From an uncultured Desulfobacter sp. (lineage in GTDB: Bacteria > Desulfobacterota > Desulfobacteria > Desulfobacterales > Desulfobacteraceae), in NCBI GenBank assembly GCA_963665095.1, contig OY762069.1, forward strand, positions 1,728,001 through 1,792,000: a stretch of 64,000 nucleotides of DNA, read 5' to 3'. Positions 30,643 through 41,322 of this stretch are shown here, in pieces. A program made the translations under genes and the position numbers. The notes beneath the pieces were generated by a model. That model was given only the letters and a program-made list of their open reading frames with translations. It was not told the DNA's origin and did not search any database. The stretch's first letter is position 1. Each line of letters begins with the position of its first letter.

Positions 30643-30905
30643 GGCATCTATTTACCGGTTAATGTAAAGGATGTCCATACGAACCTTGAGTTCGGCCATA
30701 GTTCTGAAAAATTACAGGAACAGGGGCATTTAAAACAGGGGCCGGGAAGCAGTAGTTGTCTTATCCGTGATAAGAATATCAAAAACGAACCACCCAAAAA
30801 CCAGCATTGAAAGAGTTCCTTTTAAATTGCCCCAAAAGATTTTGCTGCAACCAATTCTCGCCGCATTGGCTGAATGCAGATTCGGCGACACTCATGCCCT
30901 GGCCC

Positions 30906-31889
30906 TTATTTCCGGGAGGTGAAGGCCGAAGGGCTGATCCCGAACTGCCTGCGAAAGGCCTGGGCAAAATGGCTTGAGCTGCAGAATCCGGCTTCAAAGG
31001 CAGTCTCGGTGATACTGAGCCTGTTTTCCGAAAGCAGAATCCTGGCATAGGCCAGGCGCTCTTTTCGAAGATATTCAAACACGGTACACCCGAACACCTT
31101 TTTAAATCCCCGGGTCAGGCGGGTGTGGCTCATATCCACCTGCCGGGCCAGATCAGTCAGGGACGGAGGGTATTTCAGCCGGGAGACAAGGATATCCCGG
31201 GCGTTAAAAATGCGGTCCCGTTCATCATTCCGCACCACCGCACCCGGCTGCGCGGTGTCAAAGGCTTGCTCCAGGGTATAAGCCACAAGCTCCATGGCTT
31301 TGCTCTCCAGGAAAATCTGCCTGACCAGTCCCTGGTGGGGGCAGGCATACATCTGGTGAAGCACGGACTGCACGGCAAAATTCATGGTCTGGGAGCAGAA
31401 AAGACGGCCCTGGCCAATGGCAGCGGCCAGACGTTGCTGGGGCCCGGGTTCATGGGCCGGTCCCAAAAGGTGGGGAATGTTTTCCGCAGAAAACCGGATC
31501 ACCACGGCCTGAAGATCCTTTTCCCCGGCCGTGTGCCGCTCCAGGGCCGGGTCCTCAAAATAGCAGAGATGAACCTGGCCGGCTGTTATCCCCAAAGGCG
31601 AGGCATTGCAGGAATTCAGGGTATGGGTGATTCCGGACAGACAGAACACAAAGCACAGCTTGGGCGCAGGCCAGGAGACCCTGGCCAGATAGTCCCGGGT
31701 AAACCGGCAGTGGCTCATGCAGATTTCCATGCCAAAGCGGCAGTCCAGGTTCAAAAACCGTCCCTGGCCCAGCCCGGCCGGAACGGATCGCACCACCTCC
31801 CGGCACGGACCGGGAACGGCCGGTTCCCCCGGAAAGCAAATAAATTCACCTTTGGAATTTTTAATGGATACTTCAGAATTCATCACCAC
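30906..31889 (-). CDS. AraC family transcriptional regulator (PchR/YbtA-like)
   Basis: FLESKAMEL, PPSLTDLARQV..SHTRLTRGFKKVFGCTVFEYLR..R...ITETAFEAGF...SHFAQAFRRQFG; divergent from a TonB receptor. Confidence 0.92.
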   Translation of the reverse strand: MVMNSEVSIKNSKGEFICFPGEPAVPGPCREVVRSVPAGLGQGRFLNLDCRFGMEICMSHCRFTRDYLARVSWPAPKLCFVFCLSGITHTLNSCNASPLGITAGQVHLCYFEDPALERHTAGEKDLQAVVIRFSAENIPHLLGPAHEPGPQQRLAAAIGQGRLFCSQTMNFAVQSVLHQMYACPHQGLVRQIFLESKAMELVAYTLEQAFDTAQPGAVVRNDERDRIFNARDILVSRLKYPPSLTDLARQVDMSHTRLTRGFKKVFGCTVFEYLRKERLAYARILLSENRLSITETAFEAGFCSSSHFAQAFRRQFGISPSAFTSRK

Positions 31890-32120
31890 CCCTAAACACT
31901 TCTATATTTTATTTAAAGTTATGTATACCTAACCAACACCCCTTTTTCCAATATTTTTTTATTATTTTCCGGGGCGTCCCCGATATTCCATCTATTTTGC
32001 CCTCCCCTGCCCGTTCCTGATATGTCCAAACCCGTTCGGCAAATTATATTCTCACAGCCTGTTCAGGTTTAAAACGCTTGAAGGAAAAACCCGGTAATAC
32101 AAAACACAAAGGAGAAAAAG

Positions 32121-34208
32121 ATGCGGATATCCGGTAAAAAACGGCTGGCCGGTCTGGCTGCGGCAATGACGGCTGCAGTATGTCTGACGATGCCGGCAGG
32201 AGCAGTGTGGGGGGAACAGGACTCAACGGCGGTGAACCTAGGCAGTGTCGTGGTAACGGCCCAAAAACAGGAAACCCTGGCCAAAGACACCCCCGGCAGT
32301 ATATCGGTGGTGGATGCCCAGATCATAGATGAACAGAACATCAGGACCACCGAGGAGATGACAAGGCTTGTGCCCAACCTGTTCTTTAAAACGGCGACCT
32401 CCGGCGATGCCTTTGTCTGCCGGGGCCTCTCCACCATAGACACATCACTATACTCGCCCATGGGGTTTTACATCAATGACGTGGCTTATCCCTTAAGCTA
32501 TATGCAGTCGCAATTCCTGTTTGACATTGAGCGCATTGAGGTGCTTAAAGGGCCGCAGTCAACCCTTTACGGCCAAAACAGTTCCTCGGGCGTGATCAAT
32601 ATGGTGTCTGCCCCCCAGGACAATGCGCCCCGGGCCCGTGTACTGCTGGAGGCAGGGTCCTATGATACCTTTACCGCAGGGGCCATGGTGGGCGGGGCGA
32701 TTAAAAAGGATAAGCTGTTTTATACGGTTTCCGCATTAAAAAGCGTGTCGGACGGGTATATGGAAAATACCATTCTTGATTCGGACACAGCCTCTGACAA
32801 TGACAGCTTTGCGGGGCGGGCCAGTCTGAGGTTCACGCCCAGTGAAGACCTGGACTTAACCCTGGCCCTGGACGGCACAGACCAGGAAAAGGGGCTTGAC
32901 GATTTAAGGTACCTGGACGGTGCCTCTGCCACCCCGGCACTAAAGGTGCTCAACAACCAGGCCTCCCGGGCGGACCAGGACAGCTTTGACCAGTCCCTGA
33001 ACGTCAAGTATTCATTCCGCGGCATGGATCTGGTCTCCGTGACCTCCCACCAGGACTTTAACCGGCAGCATACCATGGATTCGGACAGAAGCGCCATGGC
33101 CCTGGGCGTATCCCACATTGATGTTGACCGGGAATCCTGGTCCCAGGAGATGCGTCTGTCTTCATCTTCAAACGATTTTTTTTCTTCCTGGCTTTTAGGC
33201 GTCTATGCGGCTATGGAAAGCCTGGACAACAACTGGGAGCTGGACCATGTCAGGGCCGCTTTGGCCAACACCCGGGTCACGGAAACGGATACGGACCGCC
33301 TGGCCCTGTTCGGCCAGGCCTCAAAGGCGTTGACCCAAACGTTGACCGCCACCGCCGGCCTGCGCCTGGATTATTCATCTGCATCCGCATCCCAGGTCTA
33401 TACCCGGAGCACGGGCACCACCTTGTATGACGAAGATATTACAGACACTGCGGTATTACCCATGGCCTCCCTGTCCTGGAAATTTTTACCTGATACCATG
33501 GGCTACCTGACTTTTTCCACGGGCTGGCTGGCCGGAGGATATGACATGTACTCCGCCACAAACCAGCAAAACTTTGCCTATGATCCCGAATATACCCGAA
33601 ACTATGAAGCCGGAATTAAGGCTGCATTTTTTGACAACCGCCTCAGGGCTGATTTCAGCGTATTCTACACAACCATCACTGACAAGCAGATCAGAGAAGA
33701 GGTTGCCGGCGGCAGCGTCGGCTCATGGAAAATCACCAATGCCGCCGATGCCCATGCCCAGGGTGTGGAGCTGGAACTGCGGGCATTGCCGGTCCGGGGC
33801 CTGGAACTCTTTGCCGCCATGGGATATACCGAAGCTGAAATTGATGACTGGACCGGGACTTTGAACGGAACCACCAAGGATTACAGCGGCTGCACCCTTC
33901 CCTGGGCACCGGACCTGACAGCCAACGCAGGATTTTCCTATACCCACGAAAGCGGCTGGTACGGCACAGCCAACGTGTTCTGGGCGGGCCGGCAATACTT
34001 TGATGCCGCCAACACCCTGGAGGATGACGGGTATACCCTGGTTAACCTCAAGGCCGGTTACCGGTGGAGCCGCTGGGATGTTTCGGTCTGGTGCAAGAAC
34101 CTGTTTGATGAGGAATATGCACAAAAAATGGTGGAATCCTCCGGGCACACCCTGGTGGAAGACGGCGAGCCCAGGACCCTGGGAATCACCCTTTGCTGGA
34201 GATGGTAA
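32121..34208 (+). CDS. TonB-dependent receptor (FyuA-like siderophore type)
   Basis: SVVVTAQKQE, DIERIEVLKGPQSTLYG.N...GVIN, NYEAGIK, KNLFDEEY, terminal W. Confidence 0.93.
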   Translation: MRISGKKRLAGLAAAMTAAVCLTMPAGAVWGEQDSTAVNLGSVVVTAQKQETLAKDTPGSISVVDAQIIDEQNIRTTEEMTRLVPNLFFKTATSGDAFVCRGLSTIDTSLYSPMGFYINDVAYPLSYMQSQFLFDIERIEVLKGPQSTLYGQNSSSGVINMVSAPQDNAPRARVLLEAGSYDTFTAGAMVGGAIKKDKLFYTVSALKSVSDGYMENTILDSDTASDNDSFAGRASLRFTPSEDLDLTLALDGTDQEKGLDDLRYLDGASATPALKVLNNQASRADQDSFDQSLNVKYSFRGMDLVSVTSHQDFNRQHTMDSDRSAMALGVSHIDVDRESWSQEMRLSSSSNDFFSSWLLGVYAAMESLDNNWELDHVRAALANTRVTETDTDRLALFGQASKALTQTLTATAGLRLDYSSASASQVYTRSTGTTLYDEDITDTAVLPMASLSWKFLPDTMGYLTFSTGWLAGGYDMYSATNQQNFAYDPEYTRNYEAGIKAAFFDNRLRADFSVFYTTITDKQIREEVAGGSVGSWKITNAADAHAQGVELELRALPVRGLELFAAMGYTEAEIDDWTGTLNGTTKDYSGCTLPWAPDLTANAGFSYTHESGWYGTANVFWAGRQYFDAANTLEDDGYTLVNLKAGYRWSRWDVSVWCKNLFDEEYAQKMVESSGHTLVEDGEPRTLGITLCWRW

Positions 34209-35239
34209 TGGAAAAACAAAATGAGAATAATGATGTGCCCATGGACCCCTTGTTCGATATCCTGACAGGACCGGTTAAAATGGCGGTATTAGAAGCGGCC
34301 CTGGAACTTAACATTGCCGATGTCACGGAAAACGCCATCTCTGCCCAGGGGATTGCCGGGGCTCTGGGTATCCATACGGACCCACAAGGCCTGGGCTTTT
34401 TTCTGGACAGCATGGCAGCCATGGGGTTCCTGGAAAAACAGGACGGGACGTACCGGAACACAAGCTTTGCCCAAAGATACCTGCATTCCCAAAGCCCCCT
34501 GTACATGAAGCCCTTTGTTACCCGGATGAAGAGCATGCAGCACAAAAATCTTGACCGGATCACCGGTATCATCAGAAACGGCCCGCCAAAAGTGGAGAAA
34601 TTCGAACGGTTGGCCTCTGAAACAAAATGGGAAAAGGCCGTGGCCCATCTGGCCGCCTACCAGCGGGCCGGTATGGCCGGAAAGGCGGCGGATCTGGTCC
34701 AGGCGCTGCCGGAGTTCAGAGACGCCAAAAAACTTCTGGACCTTGGGGGCGGCCCGGGACTGATAGGCGCAGAAATGGTCCGCAGGCACCCGAACCTTAA
34801 GGGGGTACTCCTGGACCAGGCCGCCATCATACGCCTGGCAGAAAAAGAGATCCGAAAAGAGGGGCTGGAACAACGGATCTCCTTTATCCCCGGGGATTAC
34901 AATGAAACCGATTTCGGCAATGGGTACGATATTGTCTGGGCCAGCCACAATCTTTATTATGTACGCGACCCTGAAATTTTCTACGCCCGTCTTTGGCAGG
35001 CCGTCACAGACAACGGCGTAGTGGTCTGCCTGCACGAAGGACTGACCCGTGAACGAACCCGGCCGGCCGGCATTGTTCTGTCCAGGCTCTCCCTGGCCCT
35101 GGAGGGGCAGGATGTCTCCTTTGAACATGGGCAGATTGCAGGTTATCTGAAAAGAGCCGGCTTTGCCCGGGTTCAAAGCCGTACCGTCAATCTCGGCGTG
35201 GATGAATGGGAGCTGGTCACGGCCAGAAAAACAGCATGA
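34208..35239 (+). CDS. SAM-dependent O-methyltransferase (dimerisation plus methyltransf_2 type)
   Basis: N-terminal ALELNIAD dimerisation helix, LLDLGGGPG, LLDQ, PGDY; start overlaps the receptor stop (TAATG). Confidence 0.88.
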   Translation: MEKQNENNDVPMDPLFDILTGPVKMAVLEAALELNIADVTENAISAQGIAGALGIHTDPQGLGFFLDSMAAMGFLEKQDGTYRNTSFAQRYLHSQSPLYMKPFVTRMKSMQHKNLDRITGIIRNGPPKVEKFERLASETKWEKAVAHLAAYQRAGMAGKAADLVQALPEFRDAKKLLDLGGGPGLIGAEMVRRHPNLKGVLLDQAAIIRLAEKEIRKEGLEQRISFIPGDYNETDFGNGYDIVWASHNLYYVRDPEIFYARLWQAVTDNGVVVCLHEGLTRERTRPAGIVLSRLSLALEGQDVSFEHGQIAGYLKRAGFARVQSRTVNLGVDEWELVTARKTA

Positions 35240-36174
35240 AACCGGCCGTGGCGTTCTGGATCTGCATGGTATTATGGCTGCCGGCAAACCTTGGGGCCTC
35301 AGCCACTGGTGGCCGCCCCTTTGTCATCTCAGGGCCACCCGTGGCCGAAAGCCTGGTTTTTGCCGTCATGGCGGACCAGGGGTTTTGCAGGGAACCCGTA
35401 AAATTTGTAACCTGGCACTCCCCGGACCAGGCAAGGGCCATGATCGCGGCCGGCAAAACCCAGGGGTCCGTGGTAACCACGTCCGCAGCTGCCACCTTTT
35501 TCAACAAAGGGGTCAAAACAAGTATAGCCGGGGTATTTGCATCGCCGTTGTGGATCGTCAGCATCCGGCCGGTTCCCAAAGGGCCGCTGCAGGGCTCCTT
35601 TCTGTTTCCTTTCGGCCCCGGAGAAATGCCTGAAATTTTATTCAATATTGTAATGCAGGACAGACAGCCCCACCTTGAAACCCGGCACACCGGCGGTGCC
35701 CTGGAGGCGGTGAACCTGATGCTCATGGGCCGGGCAGACCATGCATTGCTGGCTGAACCGGCCGCCTCCCTGGCCGTGTCCCGTTCCAGGGATATGGCCG
35801 GGCCGGAACTGGCCAAAAACCTGGATATGCGAAAACTTTGGGAAACCCGGTTTGGGGGGAGCCCCCTGTGCGTGTCTGCCTTTGCGGTGTTCGGTGATGC
35901 CGTGGGGAAGCCCGGGCGGGTAAAGGCCATCCTCAAGGGATACAGCCTGGCCAGGGAGTGGATGGCGGCCCATCCGGACAAGACCCGGGCTATTGCGGAT
36001 AAAACGACAAAGGCCCTGGCCGGTCCCGGCGTGCCCCTGTCCGGGGCCCCGGTCCTGACGGGACAAAAGGCCTTTGCTGCGGCCCGGCTGTTCCTTGAAA
36101 AAATCCATGACCTGGACCCCGGGGCCGTTGGCGGGCCACTGCCTGGACCGGAACTGTTCACGGCATATCCATGA
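35236..36174 (+). CDS. ABC transporter substrate-binding protein (NitT/TauT/SsuA-like)
   Basis: Signal peptide, W.SPDQ.RA, ALLAEPAAS; ATGA coupling in operon with permease and ATPase. Confidence 0.8.
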   Translation: MKPAVAFWICMVLWLPANLGASATGGRPFVISGPPVAESLVFAVMADQGFCREPVKFVTWHSPDQARAMIAAGKTQGSVVTTSAAATFFNKGVKTSIAGVFASPLWIVSIRPVPKGPLQGSFLFPFGPGEMPEILFNIVMQDRQPHLETRHTGGALEAVNLMLMGRADHALLAEPAASLAVSRSRDMAGPELAKNLDMRKLWETRFGGSPLCVSAFAVFGDAVGKPGRVKAILKGYSLAREWMAAHPDKTRAIADKTTKALAGPGVPLSGAPVLTGQKAFAAARLFLEKIHDLDPGAVGGPLPGPELFTAYP

Positions 36175-36941
36175 AAAACTTTTCACCTTTCAGTTCCCCG
36201 GGGATACAGATATTCCGGCTTTTGGGAATCCTTGGACTGTTTCTGGCCTGGTACCAGGCGTCCTGCGCTTTTTCAGGGCTGGTGGTGCCCGCACCCCAGG
36301 AAACCCTGGCAGCGGCGGTGAAGCTCTTATCCGATACCGGATTCTGGGCCGGTCATTTATGGGTGAGCCTCAGGCGCATGGGCCTGGCCCTGGGTACCGG
36401 GATCCTTGCCGGAGGCACCCTGGGGCTTATGGCCGGACTGGTCCCCGGGATCCGGGCACTGGTGGAGCCGGTGCGCTGGATTTTGACCACAGTGCCGGGT
36501 GTGGTGATCGTCATTGTGTTTATGCTCTGGTTCGGCATGGGAGATGTGATGGTGATCTCCATTGCCGCCAGCATGGGCGCCCCCATTATCTTTGTCAACC
36601 TGGCCGATGCCATGGGCCGGGTGGACCGTCACCTTCTGGAAATGGCCCGGGTCTACCGGTTCACTCTTAAAATGCGGATTATCAAAATCTACGCCATGGC
36701 TGCGGCCGGTCCTTTTTTTTCGGCCCTGGTCATTGCCGGGGGCAATATTGTCAGGGTCTGTGTTCTGGCAGAGGTTATGGGCGCGGACAAAGGCATCGGC
36801 CACTGCATGGCCGTGGCCCGGACCCGCCTGGATACCCCTGCACTGTATGCCCTGGCCCTGATCAGCATGTGCGTGGCCGCTGCCGTGGAGTTCTTAGTTT
36901 TCCGTCCCCTGGAGCGGCGGGTGAAAGGCCGGGGCGCATGA
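36171..36941 (+). CDS. ABC transporter permease (SsuC/TauC-like)
   Basis: TM helices, LLEMARVY (EAA loop), VLAEVMG...GIG. Confidence 0.88.
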   Translation: MKNFSPFSSPGIQIFRLLGILGLFLAWYQASCAFSGLVVPAPQETLAAAVKLLSDTGFWAGHLWVSLRRMGLALGTGILAGGTLGLMAGLVPGIRALVEPVRWILTTVPGVVIVIVFMLWFGMGDVMVISIAASMGAPIIFVNLADAMGRVDRHLLEMARVYRFTLKMRIIKIYAMAAAGPFFSALVIAGGNIVRVCVLAEVMGADKGIGHCMAVARTRLDTPALYALALISMCVAAAVEFLVFRPLERRVKGRGA

Positions 36942-37582
36942 TGACAAAACCTGCGGTGGCGTTTGAAAATGTATCCATGGCCTTTGGACGGCATACTCTT
37001 TTTGAAAATCTAAACCTTGATATCGGCCCGGGACAGGTGGTCGGCATCCAGGGTGCCAGCGGGGCCGGGAAATCCACCCTGCTGAAGATGGCGGCGGGAT
37101 TGATCCGGCCGGTTAAAGGCCGGGTTAAAGTTCATGCGGCTCCCCTGGGATATGTGTTCCAGGAGCCCCGGCTGCTTGAATGGTATACGGCCCGGGAAAA
37201 TATCAGCCTGGTCCTTAAGGCGGCCGGCATGTCCGGTAAAACTGCCAGGGAAACCGCGTTAAGGTCTCTTGCGGACCTGGGCCTGGCCGGGTTTGACTCC
37301 CACTACCCCCGGGAATTGTCCGGGGGAATGAACCAGAGGATCTCCATTGCCAGGGCACTGTCTGTATGTCCGGGACTGCTGCTGTTGGACGAGCCTTTTA
37401 CCGGGCTGGACCCGGCCCTTAAAACCCAGGTCAAGGAACAGGTCCGGGCCATGGTGAAAAAGACAGGGGCCTGCGTGATCCATGTCACCCATTCCAAGCA
37501 GGAACTTTTGCCGGAAACCCATACCCTTTTCACCCTGGAAAAAGGCCGGCTATATCCTTATAACGGCCACGGGCGGACCTGA
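36938..37582 (+). CDS. ABC transporter ATP-binding protein
   Basis: GASGAGKST, YVFQEPRLL, LSGGMNQR, LLLDEPF, VTH. Confidence 0.92.
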   Translation: MMTKPAVAFENVSMAFGRHTLFENLNLDIGPGQVVGIQGASGAGKSTLLKMAAGLIRPVKGRVKVHAAPLGYVFQEPRLLEWYTARENISLVLKAAGMSGKTARETALRSLADLGLAGFDSHYPRELSGGMNQRISIARALSVCPGLLLLDEPFTGLDPALKTQVKEQVRAMVKKTGACVIHVTHSKQELLPETHTLFTLEKGRLYPYNGHGRT

Positions 37583-37772
37583 CATATCAGCTGCCAAGCT
37601 TCGACCAACAACAAGGCAAGAAAGTATACCAGTGACTTTTTATTTGGTTATTTGGGTCGAACCAAGTTAACAGGATCTTAAATAAAAGCGAATACGGCAT
37701 TGCATCTGACGCACATCGGTTCTCTGCGCCATAAAAACCATTATTAAATAAGTCAAATCAAACTTAAACAAG

Positions 37773-37801
37773 TTGACACGTCTTTTTCGTTCTGCAATAA
37801 T
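37773..37801 (+). promoter_or_regulatory. Sigma-70-like promoter for the second AraC gene
   Basis: TTGACA-17 bp-AATAAT. Confidence 0.5.
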
Positions 37802-37848
37802 TTTATATGACAATGTAAAAATATCTGTTTTGACGCAGGGTATACACA

Positions 37849-38799
37849 ATGCAGCAAATGCAAATTACACAGGACACCCATGTAGAAAATATGACGGGTA
37901 CAGGGCTCAAAGAGATGCCCCTGCCCATGGATATCGGCAAAGGAAGTGTTCATCTTCTGGCGTTGAGTACCGGCATTCGGCTGAGCATATGTGATTATCA
38001 GCTGCATCATCCAACACAATTGATATACAATGCTTTTCCACGGGTTTTTGGTTTTGGATTCTGCCTGTCAGGGGATATCATCAATAAACCGTCTGAGTTC
38101 AGGGATTCCGGCGTTATCCGCCCGGGGCAAAGCGCTGTGTTTCATTTTGACGGCGGAGATATGCAGGAAACCGTAAGTACCGAACGGGTGATACGGGTGG
38201 ACCTGATTCTGGACCCGGATCAATTCCAGGATATTATCTGCAATGACACCCGGTTGAATTTTCCATCCCTGCAAAAAGTGTTAACCAGTCCCGGACGCCT
38301 TTTTCAGCCGTTAATCCCTGCCATGCAAAGCGCGCTGATGCAAATGCTCAATTGCCCCTACCATGGTGCGACACGCAACTTTTTCATGGAGGGCAAAGCG
38401 CTGGAACTGGTTGCGTATAAACTGGATCAGCTTGGAGAGAAAAAAAACCGGAATACAGCCACGCCTCCTTTGGATGATGAGCTGGTGGACAGGACGCGAT
38501 ATGCCGGCCGGTTACTGACCCGGGATCTGGAAAATCCGCCCTCTATTTCCGAACTTGCCGGCAACGTCGGCATGTGCCGCAGTAAACTGCATTTTTGTTT
38601 CCAGCAGGTTTACGGCACAACACCCTTTGAATACCTGCGCCTAAAGCGCCTGGAAACCGCCCAGCGCCTGCTGCACCAGGGCATGAACGTAACCCAGGCC
38701 GCCTTTGCCGTGGGCTATTCCAGTTTAAGTCATTTTACCAAGGCGTTTAAGCAATACACCGGTTGTCTTCCCAGCCATTACCGTCCCGGAAAAAACTGA
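37849..38799 (+). CDS. AraC family transcriptional regulator (PchR/YbtA-like)
   Basis: FMEGKALEL, PPSISELAG.VG, YGTTPFEYLR..RL, NVTQAAFAVGYSSLSHFTKAFK. Confidence 0.92.
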   Translation: MQQMQITQDTHVENMTGTGLKEMPLPMDIGKGSVHLLALSTGIRLSICDYQLHHPTQLIYNAFPRVFGFGFCLSGDIINKPSEFRDSGVIRPGQSAVFHFDGGDMQETVSTERVIRVDLILDPDQFQDIICNDTRLNFPSLQKVLTSPGRLFQPLIPAMQSALMQMLNCPYHGATRNFFMEGKALELVAYKLDQLGEKKNRNTATPPLDDELVDRTRYAGRLLTRDLENPPSISELAGNVGMCRSKLHFCFQQVYGTTPFEYLRLKRLETAQRLLHQGMNVTQAAFAVGYSSLSHFTKAFKQYTGCLPSHYRPGKN

Positions 38800-39134
38800 T
38801 TTTCCGGCCTGCCTTTTCTTCAGAATTTTCATCCGACATTTTTCATTTCGGAAAAATGCAGCTCGTTTAAAAAAAACAAAACACCGCTAAAAATTAAGGG
38901 CAGAAAAACAAAATACCGTTAGCAAAATTTTAGTAACTATATTAGAAACGCCTAATAATTTAGCTTAAAACAATCTTTTGTGGACACCCATGAAAGTGGG
39001 GGTCAATGACCTGGCTTTTGCAGACTGCTCGGCCGTATAAGAGACCAGCCATTTTTGATTGTTGTATGATTAGGCTTAATAATTTGTTTGGAAAAATGTG
39101 AAGACGAACTTTGCCGGTTGAAAAGGAGACCATT

Positions 39135-41321
39135 ATGATCTGTCCGACTATACCCTTTCCAGGAAATCCTCTATTGCCCCGGGCATACCGCAGGGCATTA
39201 TTTACACTGTTGTGTTTTTTTGTACTAAGCCTTTGTGGCATTGCAACGGCTTCAGAAAAGAGCCTGGAGACCGTTTCCGGAACCCGGGCCGGCAATGCGT
39301 CAGACCCAAATGCCCAAAGCTCAGACTCAGAGGAGAAAAACGATGCGGTGCTATCGGAAATCATAGTCACAGGAGAAAAAGTAGATAAAAGTGTGCTGGA
39401 TTCAGGTGCCAGTGTCCAGGTGTACGATGCCCAGCGGCTTGAAACTTCCGTGAATGCCACCAGTATTACCGATCTTTTAAAAATGACCCCCAATATCGTG
39501 GACACGGGGAACGGCAATTTCCTGCCTGTGATCCGGGGCAGTGACGGCGCCGGGCCCGGCCGGGGGGCGGTGGCCTTTGTCACCGGTACCCGTCCCCGGC
39601 TGAACATGTCTTTGGACGGCCGGTCCCTGACATATAATGAGGTGGCTTTTGGCCCCCAGTCTTTGTGGGATGTGGCGCAGGTGGAAATTTTTTTAGGGCC
39701 TCAAAGCTATATTCAGGGCAGGAACTCCATTGCAGGTGCCGTGCTTGTTACCTCAAAAGATCCCACCTTTGACTGGCAGGAAGGGTTCAGATTCGGGTAT
39801 GGAGAGCAGGAGTACCTCCAGACCGCTGCCTATATTTCCGGCCCCATTGTCAAAGATGAACTGGCCCTGCGTGTCAGTATCGACCGCCAGACACGTGAAA
39901 GTTTTACTGAACTTGAGTCCTATGACGCGGCAGGCGATCCCCGGGAAATTGAAGTGATCACGGCCCGGGCAAAGCTTTTATACCTGCCCCAAGCCATTCC
40001 TGAACTTGAGACAAAACTGACGGTCCAGCATTTTGATACCCGGGCCCCCCAAAGCGAGGCTGATGTGGCCCCGGCTGGCTCGGGATCCAAATTCAGCGGT
40101 CCCCGGCCGGTATGGGAGACAGAATCCACCAGTGGTATCTGGGATCTGAGCTGGGGGGGAATTAAAAATTTTTCATTTGAAAACAAGCTGATCTACACTG
40201 ATTTTTCCAATGAGCGCCTGACCCTGCCCACAGATTCCTACGCAAATATTGACGGTCGGGAATTCCAGGTGGAACCCCTGTTGCGTTATACCGGTGAGGG
40301 CCGCCTGGTCCGCGGGTTGCTGGGCCTTTGGTATTTCAACTCTTCCCAGGATGAGTTCGTCAATATTTACGGCGGCAGTACCTTTGATGATAAAACAGAA
40401 ACTGCGTCCGCCTTTGCCGAAATTACCTATGAAGTGATTCCCCGGGTGGAAGTAACGGCCGGCGGCCGCTTTGAACGGGAACACCGGGAGCGGCAGGGTG
40501 GCGGTGCCGGGCTTAACTACGGCGGTACCATCTATAATGTGGAAGTGGATTTTGACGAAACCTATTCGGTATTCCTGCCCAAACTGGATGTGGCCTGGAA
40601 AGTAAAGGACAACCATACCCTGGGGGCCAAAGCAGCCAAGGGCTACAGGGCCGGCGGTGCAGGCATCACCTTTGACGTTCCCTGGACCAGTTATGCCTTT
40701 GATGAAGAGTATGTCTGGACCTATGAGCTGTATACCCGCCACAGGGTGCTAAACGACATTCTGGAGCTTACCACAAATATTTTCTACAACGATTACAAAG
40801 ATATGCAGTTGCCTTACTACATCAACTCAAGTGCTGTAACCATTATCAACGCAGATGAGGCCAAAAGCTATGGTGCCGAACTTGGCATGCGCTGGCTGCC
40901 TGTTAAAGAGCTGGCACTGTCCTGGGGCGTAGGCCTTCTGAAAACGGAAATAGAAAAAATATCCATTGAATCCTATGTGGGCAATGAACTGCCCCGGTCA
41001 CCGGGATTTACCGCCAATTTCGGTGTCGTGTATCAGCTGCCTCTGGGTTTTGATGTCAGCGCAAACGTCAATTATAAGGACGAGTACTACTCCTATTATG
41101 ACAATGACGAGCTTGGTGCCATTGATGATTACTGGACGGCGGATCTTCAGATCGGATACAACATCCAGGGCTGGGGCTTTATAAAACACGGGCGTGCCAC
41201 CCTTTTTGCACGTAACCTGTTTGACGAGGACCAGACCATTCTGATTGCCGGAAATGATACGGATGCCCCGTTAAAACAGCAGCCCAGAATGATCGGCATG
41301 TCTTTGGAGCTGCATTTTTAA
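39135..41321 (+). CDS. TonB-dependent receptor (FyuA-like)
   Basis: ATG after AGGAG; EIIVTGEK, LWDVAQVEIFLGPQS..QGRNSIAGA, GYRAGG, NLFD, terminal F. Confidence 0.92.
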   Translation: MICPTIPFPGNPLLPRAYRRALFTLLCFFVLSLCGIATASEKSLETVSGTRAGNASDPNAQSSDSEEKNDAVLSEIIVTGEKVDKSVLDSGASVQVYDAQRLETSVNATSITDLLKMTPNIVDTGNGNFLPVIRGSDGAGPGRGAVAFVTGTRPRLNMSLDGRSLTYNEVAFGPQSLWDVAQVEIFLGPQSYIQGRNSIAGAVLVTSKDPTFDWQEGFRFGYGEQEYLQTAAYISGPIVKDELALRVSIDRQTRESFTELESYDAAGDPREIEVITARAKLLYLPQAIPELETKLTVQHFDTRAPQSEADVAPAGSGSKFSGPRPVWETESTSGIWDLSWGGIKNFSFENKLIYTDFSNERLTLPTDSYANIDGREFQVEPLLRYTGEGRLVRGLLGLWYFNSSQDEFVNIYGGSTFDDKTETASAFAEITYEVIPRVEVTAGGRFEREHRERQGGGAGLNYGGTIYNVEVDFDETYSVFLPKLDVAWKVKDNHTLGAKAAKGYRAGGAGITFDVPWTSYAFDEEYVWTYELYTRHRVLNDILELTTNIFYNDYKDMQLPYYINSSAVTIINADEAKSYGAELGMRWLPVKELALSWGVGLLKTEIEKISIESYVGNELPRSPGFTANFGVVYQLPLGFDVSANVNYKDEYYSYYDNDELGAIDDYWTADLQIGYNIQGWGFIKHGRATLFARNLFDEDQTILIAGNDTDAPLKQQPRMIGMSLELHF

Positions 41322-41322
41322 T

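Noticed and set aside
34289..36161. Two long antisense ORFs (332 aa and 314 aa)
   Set aside because: They fully overlap well-supported + strand methyltransferase and SBP genes, have no recognisable motifs, and are expected shadows of GC-rich codon usage
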